Of a stretch of DNA of 64,000 bases, positions 63,301-64,000 are shown piece after piece; position 1 is the stretch's first letter, and each line of letters begins with the position of its first letter. This stretch comes from Bilabrum cf. latius. Its lineage: Eukaryota. The notes under the pieces were generated by a model. That model was not told the DNA's origin. It worked only from the letters and a program-made list of their open reading frames with translations, and ran no database searches. A program made the translations under genes and the position numbers. The stretch is taken from contig OZ237735.1 of assembly GCA_965178125.1 (NCBI GenBank), positions 372,001 through 436,000 of the forward strand, read 5' to 3'.

Positions 63301-63560
63301 ACGAACCTAGTGCGCTACAGCGAGAAGTATTCTGTCGTCTCCGCAAGCGACAGGCTACCACTCCAATCAGCGTCTGCTTCCAGAAATGTGGCGAACATCT
63401 CCCAACTACGATTTTCATCCAGATTAAGTCCGTCGAGAAACTTGCGTTTTCTCGGAAATATGCGATCATGGAAGTACTCAAGTGGTGGAAGTCCCTCCTT
63501 ATATATCTTTGATATTTCGAGCGCCCTGCTGCTGTTTTGCTGCGACAATACGCAGCCCAT
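60381..63560 (-). CDS. EF-hand calcium-binding protein with an N-terminal MGC acylation motif, coiled coil and a WW-like motif (~1,059 aa)
   Basis: MGCVLS start. EF loops DADWSGSLSLAE, DKDGSGELDYLE and DTDDSGTIDFDE. Four same-frame pieces joined by TAG; stop TGA 60381-60383. Confidence 0.8.
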
Positions 63561-64000
63561 ACGGAAGTCAGTTTCAATTAAGCTATCGGATCTCCATTTG
63601 CTCCCGGGTTGATATGCGTGGGCTCGGATGAAATCTTGCGCTCAACTCCTAGTTTTGTAAGGTTGTGTTTTCGCCCCGCCGGGCCAAAATACGATTATTG
63701 TCCCAACAGCAACTACTTGAGTGCACGACCATAGTACGTCGTTCATCTACTTGCAAGCAATACTGTCTCAAGTTTATTTGTCTAATTCTTTGTAAATTTG
63801 CAAAATGGTGAGAAAAATTTGCAAGTACCGCCAAACATTGCCCCATTCCTATACCTACATGAGCAGGCGCGTGCCACGCGATGTTGACTTTTCGTATCGA
63901 TGAAGTGGCATGTCCCTTTGCAACATCATTAATCCAACAGTGTCTATCCGTTAGAATTTACAAAACATATTCGCAGGACGTCCTCCAGATTCTTCTTGGG

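Noticed and set aside
1550-63560. Interpreting the TAG-interrupted genes as pseudogenes
   Set aside because: Decay would also create TAA and TGA stops and many frameshifts. Only TAG recurs, catalytic motifs are intact, and there are just two local frame breaks in about 55 kb of coding sequence.
1550-63560. TAG as Trp (A-to-I editing), pyrrolysine, or 3' splice acceptors of tiny introns
   Set aside because: TAG aligns with conserved Gln and sits in Gln runs rather than at Trp positions. There is no pyl machinery in the window. The flanking sequence is continuous coding sequence without matching donors. U-to-C editing cannot be excluded from DNA alone but is implausible at this scale.
1-64000. 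Suppressor tRNA-Gln(CUA), other tRNA/rRNA genes or a CRISPR array
   Set aside because: No cloverleaf, rRNA-like sequence or spaced repeat array was recognised by eye in the short intergenic regions. The tRNA would have to lie elsewhere in the genome.

Overview
A compact, GC-rich eukaryotic (protist) nuclear region with 13 host protein-coding genes, few short GT-AG introns and intergenic gaps mostly of 20-450 bp. The main result is that the window appears to use a non-standard nuclear genetic code. TAG occurs in frame throughout otherwise intact genes and aligns to glutamine, while every reconstructed gene ends in TGA or TAA. UAG therefore appears reassigned to Gln and uncoupled from UAA, which remains a stop (equivalent to translation table 15). 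Reading TAG as Gln (written [Q] below) fuses the fragmented ORF track into whole genes: cyclophilin (PPIL6-like), an unknown protein, UEV1/Mms2, a Clu-domain protein with a PHF5-like zinc finger, PIBF1/CEP90, a PAK kinase, a single ~7,100-aa SPRY/PA/HECT E3 ligase, a GULO/ALO-family oxidase, an AmpG/SLC33-like MFS transporter, a Pho88-ankyrin protein, a 2,030-aa low-complexity protein, an HTH/H1-like protein and an EF-hand protein. A complete 8.3-kb Ngaro-type tyrosine-recombinase retrotransposon (39592-47936) sits between two genes. It has identical split direct repeats, is itself written in the UAG=Gln code, and carries an unexpected 1.28-kb spacer between repeats A2 and B2. The gene style and the Ngaro element suggest a Cafeteria-like heterotrophic stramenopile, but that is inference only. 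All translations, counts and family assignments were done by eye, without database searches.
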